This document shows, one piece after another, positions 36,285 to 46,105 of a stretch of DNA of 64,000 nucleotides. The stretch's first letter is position 1, and each line of letters opens with the position of its first letter. Location of the stretch: the NCBI GenBank assembly GCA_046349035.1, contig JAXMDC010000002.1, positions 237,093 to 301,092 on the forward strand, read 5' to 3'. A program made the position numbers and the translations under genes. This DNA is from Bauldia sp. (GTDB lineage: Bacteria; Pseudomonadota; Alphaproteobacteria; Rhizobiales; Kaistiaceae). A model generated the notes under the pieces. That model ran no database searches, was not told where the DNA came from, and worked only from the letters and a program-made list of their open reading frames with translations.

Positions 36285-37325
36285 CTAGCCCGGCCAGTCC
36301 TCGACCATCTCCGGCGAGAGCGGTGCCGGCGGCGCGGCGGGCGGGGGAGGGGCGACGACCAGGCGGTAGAGATGCCAGGTGGCGTGGCCGAGGAGCGGCA
36401 GCGTCAGCGCCAGGCCGAGGAAGAACGGCAGCGACCCGGCGACCAGCAGCGTGGCGACGATCAGCCCCCAGGAGGCCATCACCACCGGGTTGGTCCGTAC
36501 CACTTGGACCGAGGTCTGCACCGCCGTGTCGAGATCGACATGGCGGTCGATCAGCAGCGGGAAGGCGATGACGCTGACCGTCAGCACCACCGCGGCGAAG
36601 GCGAGGCCGACTAGGCTCCCGACGATGAGCAACGCCCAGCCGGCGGGGGTGGCGAGAAGGCCGGAGAGGAACTCGCCGAGGCGCTGCGGCTCGCTGTCGC
36701 CGAGCACCAGCCACGACATCGTCTGCGCCGTCGCCAGCCACAGCAGGAAGATGAGGATGAGTTCCAGGCCGAGCGCCAGGATCGGCCGGATCGCCGGCGA
36801 GCGGAAAACGCTGAGCGCCCGCCGCCAGGAGACCGCCATGCCGCGCTCGCGGCGGCGGCTGACCTCATAGAGCGCCAAGACGGCGAAATGGCCGACCAGG
36901 GCGAAGCCGGCGAGGAGCGGGAACAGCAGGCTCCAGATGTGGTAGCCGCCGATCAGGCGGGCGAGGAGCAGGCCGGCGATCGGGTAGAGGGCGGTGAGAA
37001 AGATGACGTGGCTCGGCATCGCCTTGAAATCGGCAAGCCCCTTGCGGAGGGCGGTCTCAAGATCGGCTAAGGCGATGGTGTTGACCTGCGGCGCCGCCGC
37101 CGCGTGGGTGCGCTCCGACCAGATGCCGGGGCGGCTGCGGCCGCCGAGCGCGTAGCGCAGGCCCGGCCGCGCCCCGAGCTTGCCGGCCAGGCCGAGCCGC
37201 GCGCCGAGCTGCACCGGGTCGAACGCCCGAGCGCCGCCCGGCTGTTCGCCGGCCGCGATCGGTCCCGCTCCGAGCGTTCCGCCATGCAAGCGATCGATTT
37301 GAGCGACATCGGTTTGAGCGACCAT
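36285..37325 (-). CDS. DUF2189-family integral membrane protein. Start uncertain; an internal GTG around 37214 is possible.
   Basis: NTIALADLETALRKGLADFKAMPSHVIFLTALYPIAGLLLA is the DUF2189 N-terminal signature. At least 5 TM helices. Confidence 0.6.
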   Translation of the reverse strand: MVAQTDVAQIDRLHGGTLGAGPIAAGEQPGGARAFDPVQLGARLGLAGKLGARPGLRYALGGRSRPGIWSERTHAAAAPQVNTIALADLETALRKGLADFKAMPSHVIFLTALYPIAGLLLARLIGGYHIWSLLFPLLAGFALVGHFAVLALYEVSRRRERGMAVSWRRALSVFRSPAIRPILALGLELILIFLLWLATAQTMSWLVLGDSEPQRLGEFLSGLLATPAGWALLIVGSLVGLAFAAVVLTVSVIAFPLLIDRHVDLDTAVQTSVQVVRTNPVVMASWGLIVATLLVAGSLPFFLGLALTLPLLGHATWHLYRLVVAPPPPAAPPAPLSPEMVEDWPG

Positions 37326-38156
37326 GTCCCTGCCCTCCGGTCATCTCGCTGAATGAAACGTTACTACCGAAAACTACGGGCCTACAAGCCGACTGGTAAC
37401 TTTCACTACTTTGCGGCACTGCACTTCAAAGAAAGCCGCAATGTTTTCAAGCGATTGCCGGTTAACTTTGTCGCCGACTTCGCGATGCAACATCTTTCGC
37501 ATCTGCAGCAAAAGCTGTCGCCGGTCATCGGCGCGGCGTTTCCTCAGCGAGTAGACCGGCGGCGCTCCGAAGGGCGGCTGCGGGTGGCTGGCTGAGCGCG
37601 GGGAGGGCCAAGTGATGTGCCGTGTCGTTCCCGCTTGTGCCGAGCATCTTCGCAGTCGCACCGTCCGGAGCGCCGCCTGCCATCCGGCGGGGCGCTTGGC
37701 CGCTCGCGCCGGCCTCCCTTGCCTCCGCGCGCGGTCCCTCGCAGGCGACCGCAAACGGAGGCGGGCGTTGGCGCCGAGCCGCATTGGCCCAGTGGCCAGG
37801 GCCGTGCTGGCAATGCCGCGAACGAGCGCTTGCCGCTCTCGGTTTGCATCGTCCGCCCCGCCGCTCTCGCCTTGCCTCTTCTGCCGTTGCGCGACGGCAG
37901 CGCGGCGCGCGACCGAGTGGTCGACCGCCTCCCTTCGGCGAAACGCCTCCGCCGCCGCGATAGCCGGCCAACTATCGCCTACTTCAACAGAACTTTGCTT
38001 GGAGCTTAGAGGAGGGGATCATTGTGACATTATCAGGGCCGAAGTAGAGGATTCGGAAAATATCGTCGCGTACGCGAGCCTCCCGAACGCGGCGCGGCTC
38101 GGCGGTCCGAACGGAATGCGAACTTTTTCCTTCCGAAATTTCAGTCGGCGCCACCC

Positions 38157-38185
38157 CTTGAACGCGCTTTGCGGCTGCCTATCTG
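38157..38185 (+). promoter_or_regulatory. Sigma32 (RpoH)-type heat-shock promoter candidate upstream of hsp20.
   Basis: CTTGAA, 15-nt spacer, CCTATCT. Matches the alphaproteobacterial RpoH consensus CTTG-N17-CYTATnT, about 85 nt upstream of the ATG. Confidence 0.4.
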
Positions 38186-38191
38186 GATCAA

Positions 38192-38269
38192 CGCCGGGCG
38201 CCGAAGAGACCCGGCGGGACGCCGCCCGGCGGCGTCCGCATATCCATGTTGCTCAAGGAGAATGTGGCT
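38192..38269 (+). ncRNA. ROSE-like RNA-thermometer 5'UTR of hsp20 (candidate).
   Basis: About 78-nt leader with stacked hairpins, including a perfect one: GGACGCCG-cccg-CGGCGTCC. The 3' end UUGCUCAAGGAGAAUGUGGCUAUG resembles the ROSE SD hairpin (UUGCU... GGAG... GGCUAUG). Confidence 0.4.
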
Positions 38270-38758
38270 ATGACGACCTTCGATCTTACTCCGCTGTGGC
38301 GTTCCACCGTGGGCTTCGAACGGCTCTTCGACCTCGTCGATAAGGGCCTGTTCGATGACGAGCAGAAGTACCCGCCCTACGACATCGTCCGCACCGGCGA
38401 GGACCGCTTTCGCATCACCCTCGCGCTCGCCGGCTGGCAGCCCGAGGACGTGACCGTCACCGAACACCAGAACGTGTTGACGGTGGCCGGCCAGCGGAAC
38501 GGCGCGGCCCGCGCCGACGAGGGCCGCGACTATCTCTATCGTGGCATCGCCTCCCGCGCCTTCGAGCGGCGCTTCACGCTCTCCGACTATGTCGTGGTCA
38601 AAGGCGCCACTTTCGACAACGGCATGCTGCACATCGACCTCGAGCGCCAGGTGCCCGAGGCGATGAAGCCGCGTCGCGTCGAGATCGGGCGCCAGGGCAC
38701 CACTCTGGCGGCGCCGCCCGGCAAGGCGGCCAAGCTGGAGCACGTCAGGGCCGCCTGA
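38270..38758 (+). CDS. Small heat-shock protein (Hsp20/alpha-crystallin family).
   Basis: MTTFDLTPLWRSTVGFERLFDLVD...YPPYDIVRTGEDRFRITLALAGW...GMLHIDLER: IbpA/HspA-like. Strong AAGGAGA SD 8 nt upstream. Confidence 0.85.
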   Translation: MTTFDLTPLWRSTVGFERLFDLVDKGLFDDEQKYPPYDIVRTGEDRFRITLALAGWQPEDVTVTEHQNVLTVAGQRNGAARADEGRDYLYRGIASRAFERRFTLSDYVVVKGATFDNGMLHIDLERQVPEAMKPRRVEIGRQGTTLAAPPGKAAKLEHVRAA

Positions 38759-39400
38759 CCGCGAGGCCTCGGCGCTCGCCGCGGTCTCCTCGCTTCAACC
38801 CATTGCACATCCAACACCCGCGTCGGCGGCCGGACGGCCGCCGGCACCGGGCGCGATTTATCGGAGCACTTTGCAAGCCATGCCACGCTCTACGTCTGTC
38901 ACCGCGTCTGGGCCGCGCACCCAGCGCACGCTGGTCGATCTTGCCCTTGGCCTTGTCGCCATCGGCGCCGCGCTCGGCCTTCTTGCCCTGCCGGCGGCCA
39001 CCGCCCCGGCCCTCGGCGCGCCGCTCGGCATCGAAGCGGCGCTTTCCTCCGGCCTCGTCGGGCCGGCGGGAGCGGGAACCCCGCCATGCTAGAGCGGGCC
39101 GAGGCCGCCGGCTCCGCCCCGGCGGCCGCACTCGGCGGCTTCGGCAGCGCTTCGCTGCCGCTCGCCGCCCCGCAGATTCTCTTCGAGCGGATGGCGGCGC
39201 TCGCCGCCTCGCGGCCGCCGCCGCGCCGCCCCGCCGAGGCCTCCGGCCTGACGGCCGGTACGGCGCGGGGCGCCTGATCCATCGCCGCCGCAGCCGGTCA
39301 TGCGGCCGGATCGTGCGGCGGCACAGCGACATTTGATCTGCCGCGGCGGGAACGTCCGACGCTTTCGGCGGTTGCCGCGCCAGAGACCCTTAGGAGTGCC

Positions 39401-40927
39401 ATGACCATGCCGACGAATGTTCCGACCCGTCTCCGCCCCCGGCCGACCCGCGCCGCAGCGCTCCTGGCCCTGGGCCTGATCGCCGGCACCGCGCCCCTTG
39501 CGCTGCCGCCGGGCTCCGCCGTCGCCGCCGCCGTGGCGGTCGACCCGGTCGCCGTGCCGAGCTTTGCCGACCTCGCCGAGAAGGTCGCGCCTGCCGTCGT
39601 CAGCGTGCGCGCCCGCGAGGCCGCCCGCACCGCCGACGCCACCGGCAATTTCTTCTTCTTCGGTCCGGGTGGCGGCAACCCCGGCGCCGGCCCCTTCGGC
39701 AATCTGCCGGAGAATTCCCCGCTCCGCAGATTCTTCGACGGACCGAACGGCCAGCCGCCGGCCGCCCGCCAGCGCACCGCCCTCGGTTCCGGCTTCTTCA
39801 TCTCCGAGGACGGCTATGTCGTCACCAACAACCACGTCGTCGCCGACGCGAGCGGCCTCACCGTCACCACCAGCGACGGCACCGAGTATCCGGCCCGCCT
39901 GATCGGCCGCGACGACAAGACCGACGTCGCGCTGATCAAGGTCGATGCGCAGACGCCGTTCGCCTACGTCAACTGGGCGGCCGAGGCGCCGCGCGTCGGC
40001 GACTGGGTCGTGGCGGTCGGCAATCCCTTCGGCCTCGGCGGCACCGTCACCGCCGGCATCGTCTCGGCGCGCGGCCGCAACATCGGCAGCGGCCCCTATG
40101 ACGACTACCTGCAGATCGACGCGCCGGTGAACCGCGGCAATTCCGGCGGCCCGACCTTCAACACTCGCGGCGAGGTGGTCGGCATCAACACCGCCATCTA
40201 TTCGCCCTCGGGCGGCAGCGTTGGCGTCGCCTTCGACGTCCCCGCCACCACCGCGCAGGCGATCGTCGCCTCGCTGAAGGAGACCGGCACCGTGGTGCGC
40301 GGCTGGCTCGGCGTGCAGATCCAGCCGGTGACGCAGCCGATCGCCGACAGCCTTCGCCTTGCCGGCGGCGCCAAGGGCGCTCTGATCGCCGAGCCGCAGC
40401 CCGGCGGACCGGCCGAGGCCGCCGGCATCCGCGCCGGCGACGTGGTGACGGCGGTGGACGGCAAGCCGATCTCCAATCCGACCGACCTCGCCCGCGCCGT
40501 CGCCTCCTACCGGCCGGACGCCAGCGTCACCCTCTCGCTTTGGCGCGACGGGGCGGCGCAGCAGTTGACCGTGCGACTCGGCACGCAGCCGGCTGACCGC
40601 GCCGCCGCCGCGAGCCCGCAGAATCGCGGCACCGCGCAGCGCCCGGCGCCGGCCGCCGCCGGCATCGTCGGCGATCTCGGCCTCAGCGTCATGCCGAGCC
40701 GCGACGGTCGTGGCCTCGCCGTGGTCGAGGTCGATCCCGACGGCAAGGCCGATACCGCCGGCCTCAATCCCGGCGACGTCATCCTGATGGCCGGCGGCAC
40801 CGGCGTCTCTACCGCCGCCGATCTCGAGAAGGCGCTCGCCGCCGCCCGCCAGGACGGCCTTCGTGCCGTGCTCCTACAGGTCCGCACCAGCCAGAGCACC
40901 GGCTTCGTCGCCGTTCCGGTCGGCTAG
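39401..40927 (+). CDS. degP: DegP/HtrA periplasmic serine endoprotease (Do family; trypsin domain plus two PDZ domains).
   Basis: Catalytic blocks TNNHVV (His), DVALIKV (Asp) and GNSGGP (Ser), followed by two PDZ-like regions. Signal peptide. Confidence 0.9.
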   Translation: MTMPTNVPTRLRPRPTRAAALLALGLIAGTAPLALPPGSAVAAAVAVDPVAVPSFADLAEKVAPAVVSVRAREAARTADATGNFFFFGPGGGNPGAGPFGNLPENSPLRRFFDGPNGQPPAARQRTALGSGFFISEDGYVVTNNHVVADASGLTVTTSDGTEYPARLIGRDDKTDVALIKVDAQTPFAYVNWAAEAPRVGDWVVAVGNPFGLGGTVTAGIVSARGRNIGSGPYDDYLQIDAPVNRGNSGGPTFNTRGEVVGINTAIYSPSGGSVGVAFDVPATTAQAIVASLKETGTVVRGWLGVQIQPVTQPIADSLRLAGGAKGALIAEPQPGGPAEAAGIRAGDVVTAVDGKPISNPTDLARAVASYRPDASVTLSLWRDGAAQQLTVRLGTQPADRAAAASPQNRGTAQRPAPAAAGIVGDLGLSVMPSRDGRGLAVVEVDPDGKADTAGLNPGDVILMAGGTGVSTAADLEKALAAARQDGLRAVLLQVRTSQSTGFVAVPVG

Positions 40928-41111
40928 GCGCGGCGACGGCGCGGCTCGACCGCCCCCACCGGCGAGCCGCGCTTCCCTCGGCCCGCGCGAGGCGAAGAAC
41001 CGCCGTGCCCGCCCCGCCAGGTTTCCGCGCTCGACCGGTGTTGACTGGGACGCGGAGACCGACGACCTACCCCAAGCCTCGGCGCCATCGGCCGGGGCAC
41101 TGGAGGCTCGC

Positions 41112-41792
41112 GTGGCGCTGACCCTTTACATCCACCCGCTGGCGTCCTTCTGCCACAAGGTGCTGATCGGCCTTTACGAGAACGGCACCGACTTCACCGC
41201 CGAGATCGTCGACTTCGCCGATCCCGGCTCGGCCGCCGCGCATGTCGCCCGCTGGCCGGTCGGCAAGATCCCGGTGCTCTACGACAGCGCCACCGACCGC
41301 ACCGTGCCGGAGACCAGTATCATCCTGGAATACCTGCAGGACCTCTATCCCGGTCCGGTCCGCCTTCTGCCGGACGACCCTGGGGCGCAGCTCGAAGTCC
41401 GCCTCTGGGACCGCTTCTACGATCTCTATGTCAGCGTGCCGATGCAGAAGATCGTCACCGACCGCATCCGCCCGCCGGGCGCCGACGACGCGCATGGGGT
41501 CGCCGAAGCGCGGGCGATGCTGGATCAAGCCTATGCCATGATCGAGGACCATCTCGACGGCAAGACCTGGGCGACCGGCAACCATTTCACGCTGGCCGAT
41601 TGCTCGGCTCTGCCGGCGCTGTTCTTCGCCTCGATCGTCCACCCCTTCGCCGGCCGCCAGCGCCGCCTCGCCGCCTATCTCGAACGGCTGCTGCAGCGCC
41701 GCTCGGTCCAGCGGGTGATCGCCGAAGCGCGCCCCTATTTCGCGATGTTCCCCTACCGCGAAGCGATGCCGGCGCGGTATCTCGCGGGGTAA
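41112..41792 (+). CDS. Glutathione S-transferase family protein. GTG start.
   Basis: LTLYIHPLASFCHKVLIGLYENG... is a GST N-terminal thioredoxin-like fold. ...TLADCSALPALFFASIV is the C-terminal helical domain. Confidence 0.7.
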   Translation: MALTLYIHPLASFCHKVLIGLYENGTDFTAEIVDFADPGSAAAHVARWPVGKIPVLYDSATDRTVPETSIILEYLQDLYPGPVRLLPDDPGAQLEVRLWDRFYDLYVSVPMQKIVTDRIRPPGADDAHGVAEARAMLDQAYAMIEDHLDGKTWATGNHFTLADCSALPALFFASIVHPFAGRQRRLAAYLERLLQRRSVQRVIAEARPYFAMFPYREAMPARYLAG

Positions 41793-41915
41793 CGAGATCA
41801 CAGACGCCGGGAGCGGAAGGCGGGAAGACGGCCGCCCCCCCGCCTCCCGCCAACGGCCCGCCGCGGGTGGAAGACCCGAGCCAACTTGATAGCGCGTCGG
41901 CCGCAATGCTAGCTT

Positions 41916-42272
41916 TTGCACCAGATGAGGGGCTCGAGACCGAGGCCGGTTGGCAGCGTCGGGGGAAAAGTCGTGGTTAGATCATTGGTTGGGGCGACTT
42001 TGGGCCTCTTGGCCTCGGTGTCGCTGGCGCTCGCGCAGGGCGGTACGGTGCAGCGCGTCAAATTGCGCGCTCTGCTGGCCGACGGCTATGAACTGAAGAA
42101 CATTGTCTTCATTCCCAACGACGCGTCGAGCCGCATCGCTGCGACCGCCGACAAGGACGCGCTCCTGCTCTCGCTGCAAAAAGGGCAGCAGATCGCTACC
42201 TGCTTTCTCTCGGCGGTGGACTATTTGACCGGCGCGGCGCTCGATATCGAGTGGTGCATCCCGCACAAATAG
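41916..42272 (+). CDS. Small secreted protein (2 Cys), hypothetical. Real start probably the internal GTG near 41970. Paralog of the 42338 gene.
   Basis: Signal peptide (LVGATLGLLASVSLALAQG), ...DGYELKN..., ...LQKGQQIATCFLS...EWCIP. Confidence 0.4.
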   Translation: MHQMRGSRPRPVGSVGGKVVVRSLVGATLGLLASVSLALAQGGTVQRVKLRALLADGYELKNIVFIPNDASSRIAATADKDALLLSLQKGQQIATCFLSAVDYLTGAALDIEWCIPHK

Positions 42273-42337
42273 TTGCCTATCGCCGCGCCGATCGAGCGCG
42301 TCGCGAGAGTCTGAAGTCCTTTTGGGAGTGAGAGAAA

Positions 42338-42643
42338 ATGGGCAGGTTGATCGGCGCTCTCGCAATCTTGGCGGCGTTCGCCGGCACCTCTGCGTGGGCC
42401 CAGCCGGCGCCCGCGGCGGTGACGCAGAAAGCCTTCACGGTCCTGATTGGCCTTGGCTATGACATCAAGGCCACCGCCACCGCGCCGGGCAAGGATAGCG
42501 CAGGCAAGGATATCACGACCGTCTTCGTGACCTTGCAGCTCGGAAAGTCGGTGGCCGTTTGCACGTTCTCGACGGGCGTCTGGTCCAACATGACCGACAC
42601 CGAAATGGAGAACCCCCGCTTCTGCGACGTCCGCTCGTACTGA
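42338..42643 (+). CDS. Small secreted protein (2 Cys), hypothetical. Paralog of the 41916 gene.
   Basis: Signal peptide (AILAAFAGTSAWAQP), ...LGYDIKA..., ...LQLGKSVAVCTFS...PRFCD. Local GC dip with an AAAATGGGC start context. Confidence 0.45.
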   Translation: MGRLIGALAILAAFAGTSAWAQPAPAAVTQKAFTVLIGLGYDIKATATAPGKDSAGKDITTVFVTLQLGKSVAVCTFSTGVWSNMTDTEMENPRFCDVRSY

Positions 42644-42737
42644 CGACGTGACCTTGACCCTGCCTGCCATCGCAGCGGGCAGGTGATCGGAGCTTGCCGC
42701 AGCTTCCGGTGGATTGTACGCCGCCTCGCTCCGCCGC

Positions 42738-44351
42738 CTACTCCGCCGCGGCCGGGGCCGGCGCGACCTGTCGCGCTCCGACCGGCGGGCGTTGCGGCCG
42801 GCGCAGCAGCAGCAGCATCGGCATCGTCGCCAGCGTCACGATCAGCATCAGCTTGAAGTCGTCGAGATAGGCGATGAAGGCCGACTGCTGCGAGACGAGG
42901 CCGTTCAGCTGGGTCAGCAGGCGGGGGTCGCCTGCCGCCAGCGCCGCTTCGGCGATCGGGCTCGTCGCCGGCATCTGGCGGAACGGCGTCAGCCGCTCGC
43001 CCAGCTCGGCGTGGTTGACCTGGATCGAATTGGCGAGGGTCGAGACCATGATCGAGATGCCGATCGCCGAGCCGATGTTCCTGACCAGGCTGAACACCGA
43101 GGCGCCGAGCGTGCGCAGCTGTGCCGGCAGCGTGGCGAAGGCGAGCATGTTGAGCGGCATGAACACGAAGCCGAAGCCGAAGCCCTGGATGATGCCGGTG
43201 GTAATGAACGGCATCTCGGTCATCACCGGCGCGAAGGCAGTCATCTGCCACACCGAGATGGCGACGCAGATGCTGCCGAACAGCATCAGCAGCCGCGCAT
43301 CGATCTTGTTCATCAGCCGCCCGACCACCACCATCGCCGCCATCGTTCCGAAGCCGCGCGGCGCCAAGAGCAGGCCGACCGAGATCGTCGAATAGCCGTA
43401 GAGCTGCTGCATCATCGGCGGCAGCAGCGCCATCGTCGCGAACAGCGTGGTGCTGATCAGGAAGATGAAGAGGAGGGCCGAGACGAAGTTGCGGTCGCGG
43501 AACACCTCAAGGTCGATGAACGGCTCCTTGGCCGAAAGGCTATGGACCAGGAAGATCCACAGCGCCGAAGCGGCGATGCCGGCCTCGATCAGGATTTCCG
43601 GCGAGGAGAACCAGTCGAGCTGACGGCCGCGATCCAGCAGCAGCTGCGCCGCGCCAAGGGCGATCGACAGCCAGGCGAAACCGAAAAGGTCGAACGGCCG
43701 CGCCCGCCGCTTGGTGTCGGGCAGATAGAGGAACATGCCGAGGAAGGCGAGGATGCCGACCGGGAGGTTCACGTAGAACGCCCAGCGCCACGACGCGACC
43801 TCGGTCAGCCAGCCGCCGAGCGTCGGCCCGAGGATCGGACCGACCATCACCCCGGCGCCCCACAGCGCCATCGCCCCGCCGCGCCGCTCCGGCGGGTTCA
43901 AGTCGAACAGCGTCGCCTGGCTGAGCGGCACCAGCGCCGCGCCGAACGCGCCCTGCAGGACGCGGAACAGCACCATCTCTTCCAGGCTCTGCGCCGCGCC
44001 GCAGAGGGCCGAGGCGGCAACGAAGCCGGCGACGGTGGCCAGGAACAGCTGCCGCCGGCCGAAGCGCTCGGCGAGCCAGGCGGTGAGCGGCGTGGCGATC
44101 GCCGAGGCGACGATATAGGAGGTGAGCACCCAGGAGATGGTGTCCTGCGCCGCGCCGAGGCTGTTCTGCATCGACGGCAGCGCGACATTGGCGATCGTCA
44201 TGTCGAGGATCTGCATCACCATCGCCAGCATCACCGAGAGGGTGATGAGGCCGCGATGCGGCACCTCGACGAACGGCTGCGCCGCAGCAGGTGCCGCGGC
44301 AGCCGGGGAGGGGGCTCGGGCCGCAGCCGGTGCGGCGGCGGTGGCGCTCAT
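42738..44351 (-). CDS. emrB: DHA2-family MFS multidrug efflux transporter (EmrB/QacA-like, 14 TMS).
   Basis: 537 aa. MAMVMQILDMTIANVALPSMQNSLGA..., LAERFGRRQLF... and related blocks are EmrB motifs. ATGA overlap with emrA. Confidence 0.9.
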   Translation of the reverse strand: MSATAAAPAAARAPSPAAAAPAAAQPFVEVPHRGLITLSVMLAMVMQILDMTIANVALPSMQNSLGAAQDTISWVLTSYIVASAIATPLTAWLAERFGRRQLFLATVAGFVAASALCGAAQSLEEMVLFRVLQGAFGAALVPLSQATLFDLNPPERRGGAMALWGAGVMVGPILGPTLGGWLTEVASWRWAFYVNLPVGILAFLGMFLYLPDTKRRARPFDLFGFAWLSIALGAAQLLLDRGRQLDWFSSPEILIEAGIAASALWIFLVHSLSAKEPFIDLEVFRDRNFVSALLFIFLISTTLFATMALLPPMMQQLYGYSTISVGLLLAPRGFGTMAAMVVVGRLMNKIDARLLMLFGSICVAISVWQMTAFAPVMTEMPFITTGIIQGFGFGFVFMPLNMLAFATLPAQLRTLGASVFSLVRNIGSAIGISIMVSTLANSIQVNHAELGERLTPFRQMPATSPIAEAALAAGDPRLLTQLNGLVSQQSAFIAYLDDFKLMLIVTLATMPMLLLLRRPQRPPVGARQVAPAPAAAE

Positions 44352-45541
44352 CGCGCGCCGGCGGCGAAGGCCGAGCCGGTCAGCGAGAGGCCGAACAGCG
44401 AGCGGACATGGCCGGTGTCGACGGCGACGCTGGCGCTGAGGCCGGCGATCAGCGGCACGCCCTCGGTCGCTCCGGAGAAGGCGAGGCGGACCGGCACGCG
44501 CTGCACCACCTTGATCCAGTTGCCGGTGGCGTTCTGCGGCGGGATGACGGCGAACTGCGCGCCGGTGCCGGCGCCGATGCTGGCGACCGTGGCTTCGAGC
44601 GGCCGGTCGGGATAGGCGTCGAGGGTGACGCTGACCTTCTGCCCGACCGCCATGTGGAGGAGGTCGGTCTCCTTGAAGTTCGCCTCGATCCAGGCGCGGC
44701 CGGTCTCCATCAGGCTGAAGACGGCGGTGGCCGGGGTCACGTACTGCCCGACCTGCAAGTGATCGGCCTGGGTGACGATGCCGTCGGCCGGCGCTTTGAC
44801 CGTGGTGTTGGCGAGGTCGAAGGCCGCCTTCTTGGCCGAGGCAAGCGCCTGCAGCACCAGCGGGTGGGCGTCGGTGGCGATGGTGGCGTCGCCGCCGAGC
44901 GCGGCAACCGCGCCCTGCACCTTCTCCTGCGCCTGGGTCAGCCGCTGCGTGGCGGCGAGATAGTCGTTCTGCGCCTGCTCGAAGGTCGAAGTCGAGGCGA
45001 CGCCGGACTTGAGGAGGTCCTGCTGGCGCTGAAACTTCTTCTGCTGGAACTCGGTGGCGTCCTGCGCCACCTGAAGGTCGACGGTCGCCTGCTTGTGCGC
45101 GGCTCGGAGCTGCTCGACCTGCAGCCGCGCCGCCGCGACCGCCGCCTGCGTCTGCGCCTGGGCGATCTCGAACGGCTCGCGGTCGAGGCTGAAGAGCGTG
45201 TCGCCGGCCTTGACGCGGTCGTTCTCGCGCACCGCCACGCTGGCGACGCGGCCGGAGATCACCGGCGCGATCGTCACCTTGTCCTGCTGCACATAGGCGT
45301 TGTCGGTGGCGGCGTAGCGGCCGCCGGAGAGGTACCACCAGCCGCCACCGCCGGCGAGCGCCAGCGGCACCACCAGCATGGCGATGGTGCGCTTGATCGG
45401 GAAGCGGCGGCGTGCCGGCGCGGCAGCGGTCGCGGCACCGCCGCTGGCGCTGTTGGCGGCGGCGGGTGGCGTCGCGGCCGGCGCTTCGGCGGCGGGGAGG
45501 GGGCGGGCGCTGCCCGTGTTGGTTCTGGCGTCGGCGTTCAT
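44348..45541 (-). CDS. emrA: HlyD/EmrA-family membrane fusion protein.
   Basis: 397 aa. N-terminal anchor, long coiled-coil (QVEQLRAAHKQATVDLQVAQ...), lipoyl/beta-barrel motifs (VKAPADGIVTQ). Overlaps emrR and emrB by ATGA. Confidence 0.85.
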   Translation of the reverse strand: MNADARTNTGSARPLPAAEAPAATPPAAANSASGGAATAAAPARRRFPIKRTIAMLVVPLALAGGGGWWYLSGGRYAATDNAYVQQDKVTIAPVISGRVASVAVRENDRVKAGDTLFSLDREPFEIAQAQTQAAVAAARLQVEQLRAAHKQATVDLQVAQDATEFQQKKFQRQQDLLKSGVASTSTFEQAQNDYLAATQRLTQAQEKVQGAVAALGGDATIATDAHPLVLQALASAKKAAFDLANTTVKAPADGIVTQADHLQVGQYVTPATAVFSLMETGRAWIEANFKETDLLHMAVGQKVSVTLDAYPDRPLEATVASIGAGTGAQFAVIPPQNATGNWIKVVQRVPVRLAFSGATEGVPLIAGLSASVAVDTGHVRSLFGLSLTGSAFAAGAR

Positions 45542-46101
45542 GGCGTAAGACCGTTTCGGGAGTGGCGTTGATTGCGGCGTTCGCGGAGGCGCTGGCCGGC
45601 TTCACCGAGGAGGCGGCGGCGGCGCGTGCGCGGGCTTTCCTCCTCGCCGCTGGCCTCGGCCGCAGGCGGCGCGGCGGCGAGGTTGGCGCGCATGCGCGTC
45701 AGCGCGGCGACGAGAATCTCGATCTCGGCCTCGCTAACCCCGGCATGCGCCAGACAGGAAACGTCGCCGGCCATCGCCCGCATCTGCTTCAGCACTGGCT
45801 CGGCCTCTGGTCCGAGGTAGAGGCGATAGGCGCGGCGGTCGTCCGGATCGGCGCGGCGCTCGACGAGTCCGGCCCGCTCCAGGCGATCGACCTGACGCGA
45901 CAAGGTGATCGGCTCGACCTCGATCAGATCGGCGATCTGCGACTGCTTCAGCCCCTCGTGGCTCTTCAGGACAGCCAGCACGTGCCATTGCGCGCGGGTG
46001 AAGCCGACCAGCGCCGCACGCCGGTCGACGGCACGCTTCAGCAGGCGGGCGACGTCGTGGATGAGGAAATTGATGTTGCGGCTAGGCAGCGTGGCATCCA
46101 T
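45538..46101 (-). CDS. emrR: MarR-family regulator (EmrR/MprA-like) heading the emrRAB operon.
   Basis: Start at MDATLPSRNINFLIHDVARLLKRAVDRR...LTRAQWHVLAVL...QSQIADLIEVEPITLSRQVDRLERAGLVER: a MarR wHTH. Confidence 0.8.
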   Translation of the reverse strand: MDATLPSRNINFLIHDVARLLKRAVDRRAALVGFTRAQWHVLAVLKSHEGLKQSQIADLIEVEPITLSRQVDRLERAGLVERRADPDDRRAYRLYLGPEAEPVLKQMRAMAGDVSCLAHAGVSEAEIEILVAALTRMRANLAAAPPAAEASGEEESPRTRRRRLLGEAGQRLRERRNQRHSRNGLTP

Positions 46102-46105
46102 AAGC

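Noticed and set aside
38871-39277. Two ATG/TAG-overlapping small ORFs (73 and 63 aa) between hsp20 and degP.
   Set aside because: Ala/Gly/Pro-dominated composition with no hydrophobic core or motif. Most likely the non-coding degP promoter or leader region.
42738-45605. 955-aa minus-strand ORF.
   Set aside because: Artificial fusion. The real genes are emrB (42738..44351) and emrA (44348..45541), which overlap by ATGA in different frames. The track ORF reads through part of emrA in emrB's frame.
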